Positions 1 through 12,114 of a DNA stretch of 64,000 nucleotides are shown in pieces (the stretch's first letter is position 1; every line of letters starts with the position of its first letter). This DNA comes from Azolla caroliniana (taxonomy: Eukaryota > Plantae > Polypodiophyta). A program made the translations under genes and the position numbers. The notes under the pieces are model-generated. The model made no database searches. It had not been told where the DNA came from and was given only the letters and a program-made list of their open reading frames with translations. The stretch is taken from contig JBHGNT010000011.1 of NCBI GenBank assembly GCA_043228905.1, forward strand, positions 4,960,001 to 5,024,000, written 5' to 3'.

Positions 1-3000
1 TGAAATTAAGAGATAGAATTCGTGAAATACAAGCATTGCATAGTTTGGATTGGAATGCATTCAAAGAAGTGCTTGTGTCTGAATATTCTCGTGAAGATTT
101 CTCTCGAGTTACTATGCGTTCATTTCATGAATGGATCTTAAAAGAAGATAAAGGGTTATCTATGGCTGACACAAAAAAAGAGTTTGATAGGATGTATGGA
201 CACTTAAAGCCAGAAGAAAGAAATTCTTTTTCTTGGCAAAAGGTTGCTTTATTTTTGCAGGCAATTGACAAGAGATATAGAAAAGAATTGGAATTTATGC
301 TTGAAGTGCCAAATACCGAGGATGATATAACGGTAGATTGGAATGAGGTAACAAATGCTTGTAATAAATTTATGAAAAGAATGCAAAGGAATGGTGTAAT
401 GCTACAAATACCACATGTGGGAATCATGAATCGGCTTGATCAAATCATCAAAGTTCAAAGACATGGTCGAGAACCATCACACGAAATGGTGCATCAACCA
501 CGCGAAATGATCGGAACTAAGAGTGAGTCTTTTGTTGATGATTTAGCTCAAAGTATGAAAGATCTAACAATTAAAGTGGCAAAGCTTGAGAATGGTCAGA
601 CTTCAAAGCCAAGGGAACCATTTCGACTCCAATGCATGTGGTGAGATTGTCTCGAACATCGTCTACGTGATTATGAAGAATATAAACACATGGAAAATCG
701 AAACTTGGTGTATTGGAAAAATGGTAACATTTATTTAACTGAAAGTAGAAGTCCACTTACAAAGAACTTTGGTGATGGTGGTGTTAAGGTTAAATTTGAA
801 GAAGCTGAAGCAAAGAAGGCTTCCGCAATGTACTACTCGGCAACGGCAAGAATGCGCCTCGATGACATGCCATCCTGATCATCATTTTGGGAGAAGGTTG
901 TAAGTACCGCACAAAAGCAAAAGATGAAGATGGAAGACCTTCGTGTTGCCGGAGATTTTGTAAGGAAAAACACTGGATGGGATGTTCCAGTTGATGCTAT
1001 GACGATCTATGCTCAAATGGCAGAACACCAAGAGCATGAGGTGATAGTGGAAGAAAAAAGCAAACGGCCGAATGATGAGATTGGCTCAACAAAAAAGCAT
1101 GAGACAAGAGAAAGCAAAAGAAAAGAGATGGACGCAAAAGTCGAAAAAGGTAAATCTGGTCCTTCATTCAAATTAATGTCTGATATTGAAAAAGATACAG
1201 ATTTAAAGAGTGTTTTAGAAACAAAAATACTAGACAGTCGAGTAGAATTTACACTAAGAGAAGTGTTAGGTATTGCAAAAAAGGAATTTCATGATGAAAT
1301 AATTGATATTGTGCGAAGAAAGAAGCAAATTAATGAGCAGGTTAAAGAGACAAATCCGAAGGTAGCATATGAAGTGGTGAGCAACGAGTCAAACAATATG
1401 TTGTTGACTCTCAACATGCATCAACCTCCATGATAAGTTCAACAGATGCAAGAAGCCATTACTCTCACAAATGTTGGGAAAGAGCCACTACTGAGCATCA
1501 TGTGAAGATTGGAAATGTTCCAGACCCTATGATGACAGTTATTGATCATGGTTCTGAAATAAATATAATGAGTGCTGATTTTTACAAGAAAGGTAGATGG
1601 CCAATTGTTACTCAACATGGTTGTCGAGTAAAAGCTGCCACATCAGTCACGGAAGATTTATTTGGTGCATGCCCAAATGTAAAGGTTACTATTGGTGATA
1701 TAGAGGTAGATCAACATTTCTTTGTGCAAGAAGGATCTACCTATCAATAATCTTGGGGCAACCATACATTACAGCGGTACGGATGGAGACCAAAGTCCTC
1801 GACAATGGTTCTGCCTATGCGAAAATCCATAGCCAAGATGGACGACGAACTGTACAATTTATGACAGTTCGCCCAAATCATGAGAGGAACAAGCAAGAGC
1901 TTCATGTTCATTCAATACCAAAAGACTGTGATGTTTTTGATAATCGGGTTTTTTATTAGGACTGTTGCGAGTGAGGGTTACAATAGTCCCATTATTAAAA
2001 GACCCTCATATAGGGCATTATAACATATGAATAAGTCATTTCATGTTTCTAAAAGTGGTGCTATATGTGTGACTAGGATGTATGAATGCAAGAGGAACTT
2101 GAAAAAGAATGCTAATCTGTTTCAGCAGGCATTGAAGGATAATGGAGTACTTGAAATGGAAGAGCAGATTGAAAGTGTTATGGAAGAAATTTCTTTTGCA
2201 AATACTTTAGAAGAGTTAGAAATGTATTTGAAAGAAGATGATGAGAATGCTAGAAAGATACATGTAAACTCAGTTGATATGTATTATGAAATTGATAAGT
2301 ATAATTGTAAATATGAAGAAGTAGAAGGTTTATGTAACACAAAATATAAAACAATAGATAAAAAGATTAAACCGACTGCAGTACCATTACCTATTGGTAG
2401 CGAAGAGAAGATGAAGGCATCATCAACTGAGCCTATGCTTCGACCAATAGAGAAGATTGGATATCACTTCACTTCGGATACAATAAATAACTTAAGAATC
2501 GGAGGGGGTGAATTTCTTCTACAATCAGAGGTCACGACTTTCAAAGACGTGATCTTTAGGCATGGGAAAGCGTTCGCATTCAAAGCCATGGAGATTAGTT
2601 TTGTAGATCCAAAGGTGGTAACGCCAATGGTAATATTTACTATCCCTCATATTCCTTGGAATTTTAAACCTATTGCAGTACCGAGATCTACAACCAATCA
2701 ACAAAGTCACAATCCGAAATGCAGGAATCGGGACGATCGTTGATGAATTTGCAGAAGCTTTTGCTGGGAGAGCAATTTACTCTATGGGAGACCTATATTT
2801 AGGATACGACCAATTTCAACTAGCAATTGATAGTCGCAATACCACAACAATGAAAACACCAATTGGGTTGGTTTGAATGTGCACTCTACCTCAAGGTGCG
2901 ACAAATTCAGTTGCTCATATGATGAATGCAATGAATAAGGTTCTACATGAGTACATCCCAAAGGTAACTATGCCATTTTTAGAGGATATTCCTATTAAGG

Positions 3001-5309
3001 GATGCTTAGAAAGAGAGAAAGATGAGACTATGGTTGGAAATGGTTGCAGAAAGTTTGTGATGGATCACATTAATGATTGTGAAAGTATTTTAAATAAGCT
3101 TGAGCAGGTACATTTGACACTATCAGGAACAAAGTCTAGCTTTGGGCAAAACGAAGTTCTAATAGTTGGTCATATGTGTGGGTGGTATGGGAGGAAGCCT
3201 TCACCGATCAAAATTAACGCAATACAAAATATGAAGGAAGTTTGCGACTCGGTAACAGAGGTGAGAAGATTTTTGGGTGCATGTGTATTTTATCATATTT
3301 GGTTACCACACTTTGCACATGTCTCAGATCCTCTCTACCAACTTTTAAGAAAAGGGAAGAAGTTTATTTAGACTGATGAACATACACAAGTTGTTTAACA
3401 GTTGAAAGAAGCATTATTGAAAGCTCTAGGTCTTTGTCAACCAGACTACAAAGGTGAAAAACCAATTATATTGGCAGTCGATACTAGCGCAATTGGGATC
3501 GGCTGGGTTATCAACCAAGAAGATGAAGACCAACATCGATATGCTATCAGGTTTGTAGCAAAGATATTAAATGATAGACAAAGAAATTATGCACAAGTTA
3601 AACGAGAATTGTGGGGTTTGCTTACTGCATTAAAAACATATAGAGATTACTTGATCGGAGCAAATGTAGTGGTTGAAATAGATTGTTTGCCACTCATCAG
3701 AATGGTAGCAAGTTGCACGACACCAGATATTGCAATGCTTCGGTGGATTGCATACATCAGAACCATGAACCTAGAATTGTGGCATATAAAGGGAAAAGAC
3801 AACCCAGTTGCAGATATGCTGTCAAGGGCAAGGTTCATAAATGAAAAGGTGATGCAAACTAAAGATAAGAATTGGGCAACTACAAGCCATCGAGTTGCTC
3901 ATCAAAGTAAGCCTCATGACGAGTTTAATGTAAGCATAATGTTCAAAGACACAAAATATGAAGGTCAATGGTTAGAAATAGAAACTTTTTAAAGACTCAA
4001 GAAGCCAACCCATCATGGTCAAAGAAACAATTAAATGAATTTCGACAAAGGGCATTCAAGTTTTTTTTACATGAAGGGCATTTATGGAGGCGCCCAAAAA
4101 GGCCAACTGAAAATCCTCTTCGAGTCATTTGTAAGGATGATATTAAGAGAAAGTTAATTACTGAATTCCATGATAGTTTGTGAGCAGGACATAGAGGCAT
4201 ATGGGCGACATTTATGAAGTTGAAAGAAAAGTATTGGTGGCCATATATGTATAAAGATGTAATGAAATTTGTGGAAACCTGTGAAATCTGTCAAAGGTAT
4301 TCAACTATTCGATATCGAGATGAGCTAAAACCAACATATTCATCATCAATGCATTATAAATGGATGGTTGATCTAGTGACAATGCCACTTGGGCAAGGTC
4401 AAATGTGATATTTAGTACTAGCAAGAGAAGACCTTACAAACCAAGTAGAAGGAAGACGACTACAACAAAAAACAACTAGAGTTGTATGTAAATTTTTGTT
4501 AGAAGATGTAATATGTCGTTATGGGTGTGTTGGTAAAATAATTGTAGATAGAGGAGAACTTGACTCTGATGAAGCTAGAGAATTCTTCAGACGGATAGGG
4601 GTCAAATTATCACTTACAACTACGTATAATCCAGAAGCCAATGGAAAGATTGAAAGAGGACATAGCCCAATAGTTAAGGCGATCGTGAAAAGTTGTGAAG
4701 GTAAAATAAGAGATTGGCCACGCATGCTACCTTATGCACTATGGGCAGATCGAACAACACATAGCTCAATAACAGGATATATGCCAGCTGAATTGATACT
4801 TGGCCAAAAGCCCATCATGCCAATAGAAGGATCAATTATTTCATGGACATCTATTCCATGGAAAGAAGAGCTGAGCATAGAAGAATTGTTGGCTTTGCGA
4901 ATTCAACAATTAGAGCGTCGGCCTGAAGATGTAGAATTAGCAGCCCAACGATTAAAGGAGATTCAATTGAAGAATAAAATTCGTTTTGATAAAACTCATA
5001 GAATTCGACATAAGAAGATAGAAGAAGGGGATTGGGTGCTTGTGTATGATAGCAGTTTAGATAATCAACATAGCACCATTCGCAAGTTTGCTGAAAGATG
5101 GTTTGCACCCTACCTAGTAAGAAAAGTATATGATAACTTTACTTATAAGCTTAGTGAATTAGATGGGACAATAATCCTAAATGTGGTAGCTGGAAAGAGG
5201 ATAAAAGTATTTACGAAAAGGTTTGAGCTTGAACCTCCTCCTATAGATCAACATGAAGATGAAAGATAGTGGCACATGCCGGAGGATGTGCAGGTCTAGA
5301 GGGGGTGGA

Positions 5310-6235
5310 TGTTGTGAAGTACGAAAGCTTCACATTAAAAGTCTACAATAAGATAAATAAGTAACAAAAATAAAATAAACCTTTATAATGTTTTATACAT
5401 AAAGACAATATTAATAACAGACTATGATAATATTATACAATATATGTAGAGGCAAAAATATATATTATATTACATGGACAAGAGAGGACTTGAACCAATA
5501 AACCCTACCTTATAACACTCAAAGGTTACCATTTATGCACACCATATATCAAATTACATGGGCAAAAGAGTACTTGAACCAACAACCTTAAACTTACAAC
5601 ATTCAAACCTTACCATTTAGACTATGCTTGTAATGTGTATAAATATGTGTCTTTTTATTGGAAGTAATATTATATGGTTTCAACCATCAAACGTGCTATA
5701 TGTGCACCATATAGCACACATGCAAGAGCCTCTCTGCATGTGCGCCACATGGCCCACATGTAGAACCATGTCTTCCCTATAAAAGGAGAAGGGAGTATAG
5801 CTAAAAGGAAAACCAAGAAATAAGATGGAAATGAATATATTGGATCTAGAGAAAGATATATTGTAATAGAGAAAGAGAGAGAGAAAGGTATTCTTAAAAG
5901 AGAAAAGAAGAACTAGCTTGGTGGTGGTGGTCCTCAACTCGCAACAGAAGAGCGGCGGTTCAAGTCTTATACTTGTCGAGAGATTGAAGGGAAGACTATG
6001 GTCTACCATCAAGAAAGAGAAGAGTGATTATCTTGTGAGACAAAGCTCGAAGGTTCAACGAGGTTCGCAATCATTTTGTAAGTCATTCATCAAATAATTA
6101 TAAGTTTCTTTCATTCCTTCAAATATCATTCTATATCCCATCTTGTCATATCTTGTTGATCTTTATTTACTCTATCTCTACTCTTTCGTCTCTTCCATCC
6201 ATAATCCCAGTGATTCCTTCCTCACTTTCACAATA
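5310..6235 (+). repeat. 3' LTR of the Gypsy element
   Basis: Starts TGTTGTGAAG directly after the PPT and ends TTTCACAATA (inverted terminus with CA->TA decay). TATAAAA near 5778. Confidence 0.85.
5469..5634 (-). other. Two tandem (84-bp period) degenerate tRNA-like modules (Pol III A/B boxes) inside the LTR
   Basis: Minus strand reads TAGTCTAAATGG...TGAAT-GTTGTAA-GTTTA...GGTTCAAGTAC in one unit and GTGCATAAATGG...GGTTCAAGTCC in the other. A-to-B offset is 44 nt, as in canonical tRNAs. Confidence 0.55.
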
Positions 6236-6261
6236 TATTTTGTCTACGCAACGGTACGCTT

Positions 6262-8092
6262 CAAGGTGAGCCACGCCACGACATCGTGAACTGGACTTGC
6301 ATCCCCTGGTCGATGATCAGTCCGACCGACACCAGATTCTTCGTAATTGTCGAGACGTGTAACACGTTTATTAGCTTCCCTTTTTGCCCGGCGTGGCTGA
6401 GGGGAACTTCACCGAGATGTACGATCGGATGGGGAGTGTCGTCTCCTGTTGCAACAACTCCCGGTTGTTCTGGTTTTTCCAGATATGAGAACCACTCTTT
6501 ATGGTTCGTCATATGGTTTGACGCTCCGGAGTCAACGTACCACACTTCATCCGATTTCGAGGTGGTCTTCTTCATCGAGTTCGCTTCGTGTCTTGACATG
6601 AAGGTTGTCCCCATTCCGACTTTTTCGGATCCTTAGGCGTAGTGCGTCCGCTGCCGATTTCCTTGTTCGGTCCGTCCAGGTCCGGATCCGGTTTTCTCCG
6701 AATCGGTGTGCTTCTTCCAACACTCGCTCTCCTTGTGACCTTTCTTGCCACAATATCAGCATTCTGCGACATGTTTCCCTTGTCGGTTCTCGTCGCCTCC
6801 TCGACTCCCCCTGCTTCCGGAGGGTCCGGAATTGTTGTCGGCATCACTACGATGCCTTCTTCCTTGCTCTCGTCGGCCGCCTCCATTGCATGCCGATTCG
6901 CCTCGTCCACCATGACCACGGGGCCTATCTCCCTCCGTGTACAGCATCTTGTTGTCGGCATGCATACTCGTTGACGCACCCACGTGATTCTCCTCTACAA
7001 GGAGCATCGACTGGAAGTCAAAAAACGACGGCGTATTCTCCCTTGTACAAATAGTAGTTCGGAATGCTCTAAACTTCGACGCCAATCCTCCGAGGCAGAT
7101 CTACACCATTTCTCCCTCCTCAATGTTCACATCGATGGAGGCGAGTGAGTCACAAATATCCTTTATCTTGGAGGTGTAGTCAACCACCGTCATGTCGCAT
7201 TGACGCACATTCCTCAACTCCTATCGGAGTTGGAGCTTCCTGGCTATGGTGCTTGCGGCGAAAACCTTTTTCAGATTTCCCCAAGTATCCTTCGGCGTTC
7301 TTGCATCCCGAATGTAGCTCAAGATTTGTTCGCTCACACAGGACGCGAAGTAGTAGAGATCTCTGCCCGCCAACTGTTCCTAGGCTGGGAAGTCTTTGTG
7401 TGTCAATTCAAGTGCTGCATCATTCGCTCCATCGACATAGCTCCAGTATCCATGTCCGAGCAGGTACTGGTGCATCTTGTACGCTCAACATGCATAGTTA
7501 CATCTGTCAAGCTTCTCAGTTGGAAGCAAGCTAGCCATACCTTTATCCATTTTTTCCTTTTCGTTCTTCACCGAGATTAGGTTTTTTTGGTTTTGTTGTT
7601 TCGAGCTGAAGTCGGCCGCAGAGGTTCTCAACCCTCGCGCTTTGATACCATGTGAAATGTAACATGCTGAAGCTATAAGAAACACAAGATACCGACAGAG
7701 AAAAACAGGTTTAATGGAGAGCTTAAGACACAATGTACGCGGGAGAGACAGAGAGGGAATGAACACACAGAAAAACTAAATTCAAAATAATGTGTAAACT
7801 CTGTACATAGGATGTGCTCAGAGAGCACTTTTATACAAGTTCATACGAACTAACAGAAGTATTGATGCGTACTTCAATGCTCATAACTTAGCTCCTACAC
7901 TAACTCCCAAATATATTCCCTCACGGAATATCTGTTCAACAGCCTCCCAGTTTCCGCACCGTTACGGCCTCTTGTTGCACACCGGTTTGCGCACCACTTT
8001 ATGCACCGATCCGGCCTAACCGATTGGTCCAAAATGATCCGGTTCTCGGCTTGCACAGCCGATCCGGCCAATGTTAAGCTTGTATCTCAGCA
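6262..8092 (-). mobile_element. Truncated Ty1/Copia element: 5' LTR (7651-8092), PBS-Met, gag and protease
   Basis: PBS TGGTATCAAAGC adjacent to the LTR (7639-7650). gag MASLLPTEKLDR..., zinc knuckle, protease WYVDSGASNHMT, NVLHV...KNLVSV. Truncated near 6262. Confidence 0.92.
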
Positions 8093-8099
8093 TATACAT

Positions 8100-10050
8100 A
8101 ACTATTTGCAGGTGTAAGTTTCCACACACTATTCTTTTATAGTTCGGAATGACGAACTGTAGATCCGTCACAACTCCTCTTGACAGGTATCAGAAACTTT
8201 GCCATGACTCAACACCGGCCTACAATGAGAAACAGTTCCGACTAATTGTCGGACGCCTAATCTATTTGACAATCACCCGACCAGACCTTCATTATCCGGT
8301 CGGCATGATCTGATTCAGCCAAATCATGCAAAATCCAACGATCGAGCACATGCAATGAGTGCACAAGATATTGATATATGTTAATGGCACGAAGGATCGT
8401 GGGTTGCTATATCGGACTAGAATAGCTATATATGTCAATGCCACGGATCGCCGATTTGTTTATGGGTGGGGGTGGAGCGAAGAATAGCTCCACCTCCCTC
8501 CCAAGGGGGTTATACATGAGGGGGAGAGAGAGAAAGGGAGAGAGAAACAAAGATTGAAACCAAAGGAGAGGGAAAATTCTATATTGCATTACATGCCCCA
8601 TAAGGAGTTTATATAGTACATAATGTAAGGGTTACTAATATAACCGTTACAAAAAGACCATTACATTCTTGTACATATGCACATAATTGTGCATGTATTC
8701 ATACACATATTCATCCTCACATACTGATATACATTACACATACACAACAACCACTTTATTGTGTTCCACCCTTATACCTTCCCCTACAACTCCTATGGGT
8801 AGCGCAGCGATCACGTGGAGCAATAAGAAGCAACCGATATTGGTATTGTCGAGCACTAAGGTCAAATATAGAAGAGCGATTATCGCAATGTGCGAAGCCA
8901 TATGGCTAAAATGGTTGCTAGAAATATTTGCAAGTGGAGGTTGTCAATCCAACACCAATCTATTGTAACAACCTCAACAGCATCCAGATAGAAAAAACCC
9001 CATTTTCTACGCTTGCACCAAGCACATAGAAGTGCACTACCACTTCGTATGCGAGCATGTTCTGAGTGGAGACGTCGAACTGAGATACATTCAGACTTAT
9101 CAGCAAGTGGCCGACATCTTCACCAAGCCCCTTGGAATAGACAACTTACGACACTTTTCAAAGATGCTTGGACTACAGCATCTTGACGTGTCGCACTTGA
9201 GGGGGAGATCGGACAAGAAAAGCAGAGAGGACGAGCCAGAGTTGGAGCTGGAGTCAGAGTCGGAGCCAACTAAACAAGGTAGGGGAAGAGCCGAAGGAGA
9301 AGACGAATCAGAGATGGCCAATTCGGATAATGTGGACGATTCAGACGAATCAATCCGAATCAGATAAGCGTTGAACAAGCAAGAAGGCAGTTGAAGCCAA
9401 TGCCAGAGCAAGAGAGGCGACCAATCGAGGGGGGGTGAAGCCGAATCGGCAGGAAGAAGGCCGACAAGGGACAAAGGAGCAGACAAGCTGACCATAGGGG
9501 TCGAGGTGCGCAAACCAAGAGAACAACTAGTAGAGCGAGGAGAAGCCGAGACGAAGAACCGGTTGAGCAGATGGAGCGAACCCCCAAGTTGAGCTTGAGG
9601 GGGATTATTGAGTAACAAGCTCAACATGAAGCCGGATCGGTTGTAGAAAGCCAAATCGGTTGATATCCAAATGGGTTGATAGCCGAAAAAGGGCCATGAG
9701 TTAAAGAAGTCGTTAGGACCTACATTCCTAAATTAGTAATAGGAATGTTATAGGTAAGTTAGGTGTCAGAGCTCATCAATGAGCATTTAGTACTTGTCAG
9801 TACTTTTGTCAACCCATTCTTAAGGGCTTGTATATAAAGTGCTCTGTGAGCAATTGTATGTACTAAGAATTATTGTTTTGAATTAAAACTTGTATTGTCT
9901 GCTCACTCAGTCTCTCTCTCACTCTTTGTAGTTGTACTCACCTCCATCTCCAACCTCTACGAGTACCTAACTGTCTATTGTTGCTAGCTAAGTCCTTTTG
10001 TCAGTTAGCTTCTGCATTCTTGTTGAGAATCAAGCTCAGCTTGTGTGAAC
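8100..10050 (+). mobile_element. Copia 3' fragment (RT end, RNase H, extension, PPT, 3' LTR from 9606)
   Basis: Motifs LTITRPDL, SAAITWSNKKQ, HYHFVCE, QVADIFTKPL. PPT TTGAGGGGGA at 9595-9604, then the LTR (TATTGAG). Right boundary is approximate. Confidence 0.85.
8457..8790 (-). mobile_element. Solo-LTR-like insertion within the Copia RNase H region
   Basis: Interrupts the TDRR...GSAAITW coding stretch. Its reverse complement resembles 57950-58211 (CCCCCTTGGGAG..GGTGGAGC, terminus ACCCAT-AACA). Right boundary uncertain. Confidence 0.6.
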
Positions 10051-10380
10051 ATGTGCTTATGATGAAAAGGACGATGTGTGAAAAAGTGTGTGAGCACACT
10101 TTATTGTAATCCGTGTAGTTGTCGAGTGTTAGTGTGGTCAAAGAATATTAGATATTCTTATGACAAAATCGTAATCAAGTGGATATCTTGGTTAGATTCC
10201 ACCAACACATTTAATAGGGCAGTCCCTTGAGGACTTGTATATAAAACCTCCTTTGGCCATTTAGTTTAGTTGGTGATCTTTAGATAATTAATATAGCTCT
10301 CTTAAGTGCATAAGTTGTCATCCCCCTAGTGGTTTCTTATTTTTCTGGTTATTCTTTGTAATTCCTTCTCTTGCTTATAC

Positions 10381-10414
<34 letters not shown>

Positions 10415-11886
10415 TACAGTTCTGAATACTAAACTCTACTAGAGTTAGATTCTTTACAATTCTTACAAGGATGTTAACAATCAGGTGTAAAAAAAATCTA
10501 TTGTGGATTATGCATAGCAATTTGGCTTTAATGGTGTATATATAGAATGAGAACATCGTTAAATCTAGAATCATCAATGAAATCTCTCAAATGTGAAAAC
10601 CCATTACACTCAAATTACCCCATAAGGTTGTCTTCTTGAAACAAATCTTGCATTTAAATTGTCTAAGAACATGGGATGTCTAAATTGGAATCTTGTTCTT
10701 TTGATGCAACCAAATACAACAAATACATTAAAAATCAAGAGGATTGTCGATTGATTTTGGATTGTATACGTACATCTACATATTGATAACACATACAAAC
10801 ACATCTATATGGATATGGAAATGCATGGTAAAGAGAACCATATTTTAATGATGTTAAACTAGAAATGCTTTAACTTTATCGATTGTGTATTGTTAAATAT
10901 ACATGTTGCTCACGTAGAGAAAATGTAATATCTTGGTGAGGGAAAATGACTTGACATTGTATAAACATTTATAAGATTGAAATGTAGATAAGTAACTAAG
11001 GCTATTCTTCAATTCACAATATTTGAAAGCTCGTCCTTGCATTTGCTTTCCATAACATGGTTGCAATGCTCTTACATGCAGTGCTGTTAAAATCTTATAT
11101 CAACGTGACAAAAATAGTTGCAAAAGCAACCCCATTATAAGTACATGGTAAAAAGGCAACATTTACATTATGGTGGTGGGGGGTGGGGGGCCCTTTTCAT
11201 GAGCAACAACATTTTATCCTATATAAAGATGCCTTCACTTAAAAAGGCATTCGTATAGGTAAGGTTGACAGTCCAAATGTGGAGAACATCACAAGATTTG
11301 TAAGAACTTGAATGTAAACAACCTAATGCTTACTTTATGAATAGAATGTTAAAACAAGCCACGTATTGCTTGCACTATGTTATTTCGATAAGGACTTCTT
11401 TATATGTCACTACTTTAAAACTCATCTTCAAACTAGAATTTCATGTATAAACTAGGTTGGGACAATAACTTATTTACATGCACACATGTATAAATGCATG
11501 TAAAAACGGGTGAAAATTTTCAAGCTCGATAAAGATAATACAAAATGTTGAATTTGGACTAGAGTTTTCAATTTTGTTGCTCTTATATAATGAGATTACA
11601 ATTGTATGTTTGAAAGTGTCGATTGCATGATGATAGGTACAACTTCATGATTTTGAAGGGTTTGATGCCATCAAAAGACGGTTGCGATTGTATGCTTAGT
11701 AGTTTTAAAATGAAAGGGAGAGTATTTGACAAGTTATTTTAAGTTAGAAGGGAATGAAAGTTGAGCTATAGTGTTATTGCAAGTTGTCAATATGAACTTT
11801 GTGAAATTCACAAAAATGGGGGAACCTTTAGAGTAAGAGTCGCGAAATGTATGGGCTATGAATTATTTGTCTGGAAAGGATGTACA

Positions 11887-12114
11887 TTAGAGTCTAAAGC
11901 GAAGAAGGTTGCTTTTACCCCTTGGCCGATGGGTGTACATGCATTGGCGATACTCTTCCCATGTAAAGGGCCTATAGAGAGGAGGGTCCCTTGTGCCAGG
12001 TCTTATGGTAGCTTTATCGATTGGATTCAAAAAGAAAGCCATTGACAATCGTGAACTAAGACTATTACACACTGCTCTGTGCTCCACGCTTTTGTAGGCA
12101 TCATTACTCCACAC
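11887..12114 (-). CDS. GA20ox-like exon 3
   Basis: Polypyrimidine tract and AACCAG|GTGTGG acceptor. Encodes [15 protein letters not shown]...RLSMAFF...RFRL then TAA. Confidence 0.92.
   Translation of the reverse strand: MWSNDAYKSVEHRAVCNSLSSRLSMAFFLNPIDKATIRPGTRDPPLYRPFTWEEYRQCMYTHRPRGKSNLLRFRL

Larger units (their letters stand above)
1..6235 (+). mobile_element. Degenerate Ty3/Gypsy LTR retrotransposon (non-chromovirus, possibly Phygy/Selgy-like); 5' part lies outside the window
   Basis: Fragmented ORFs in Gypsy order: gag (36-1433), protease IDHGSEIN (~1540), RT (LPQGATNS, PFLEDIP at the decayed DD motif; 2673-3371), RNase H (AVDTS, YAQVKRE, NPVADMLSR; 3402-3992), integrase (HHCC, VDRGE, GKIERGH, WFAPY; 3968-5269). 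No chromodomain. PPT AGAGGGGGTGGA at 5298-5309. Many stops and frameshifts. Confidence 0.95.

Noticed and set aside
5469-5634. Functional tRNA genes
   Set aside because: Acceptor and T stems pair poorly, so these are reported only as tRNA-like remnants.
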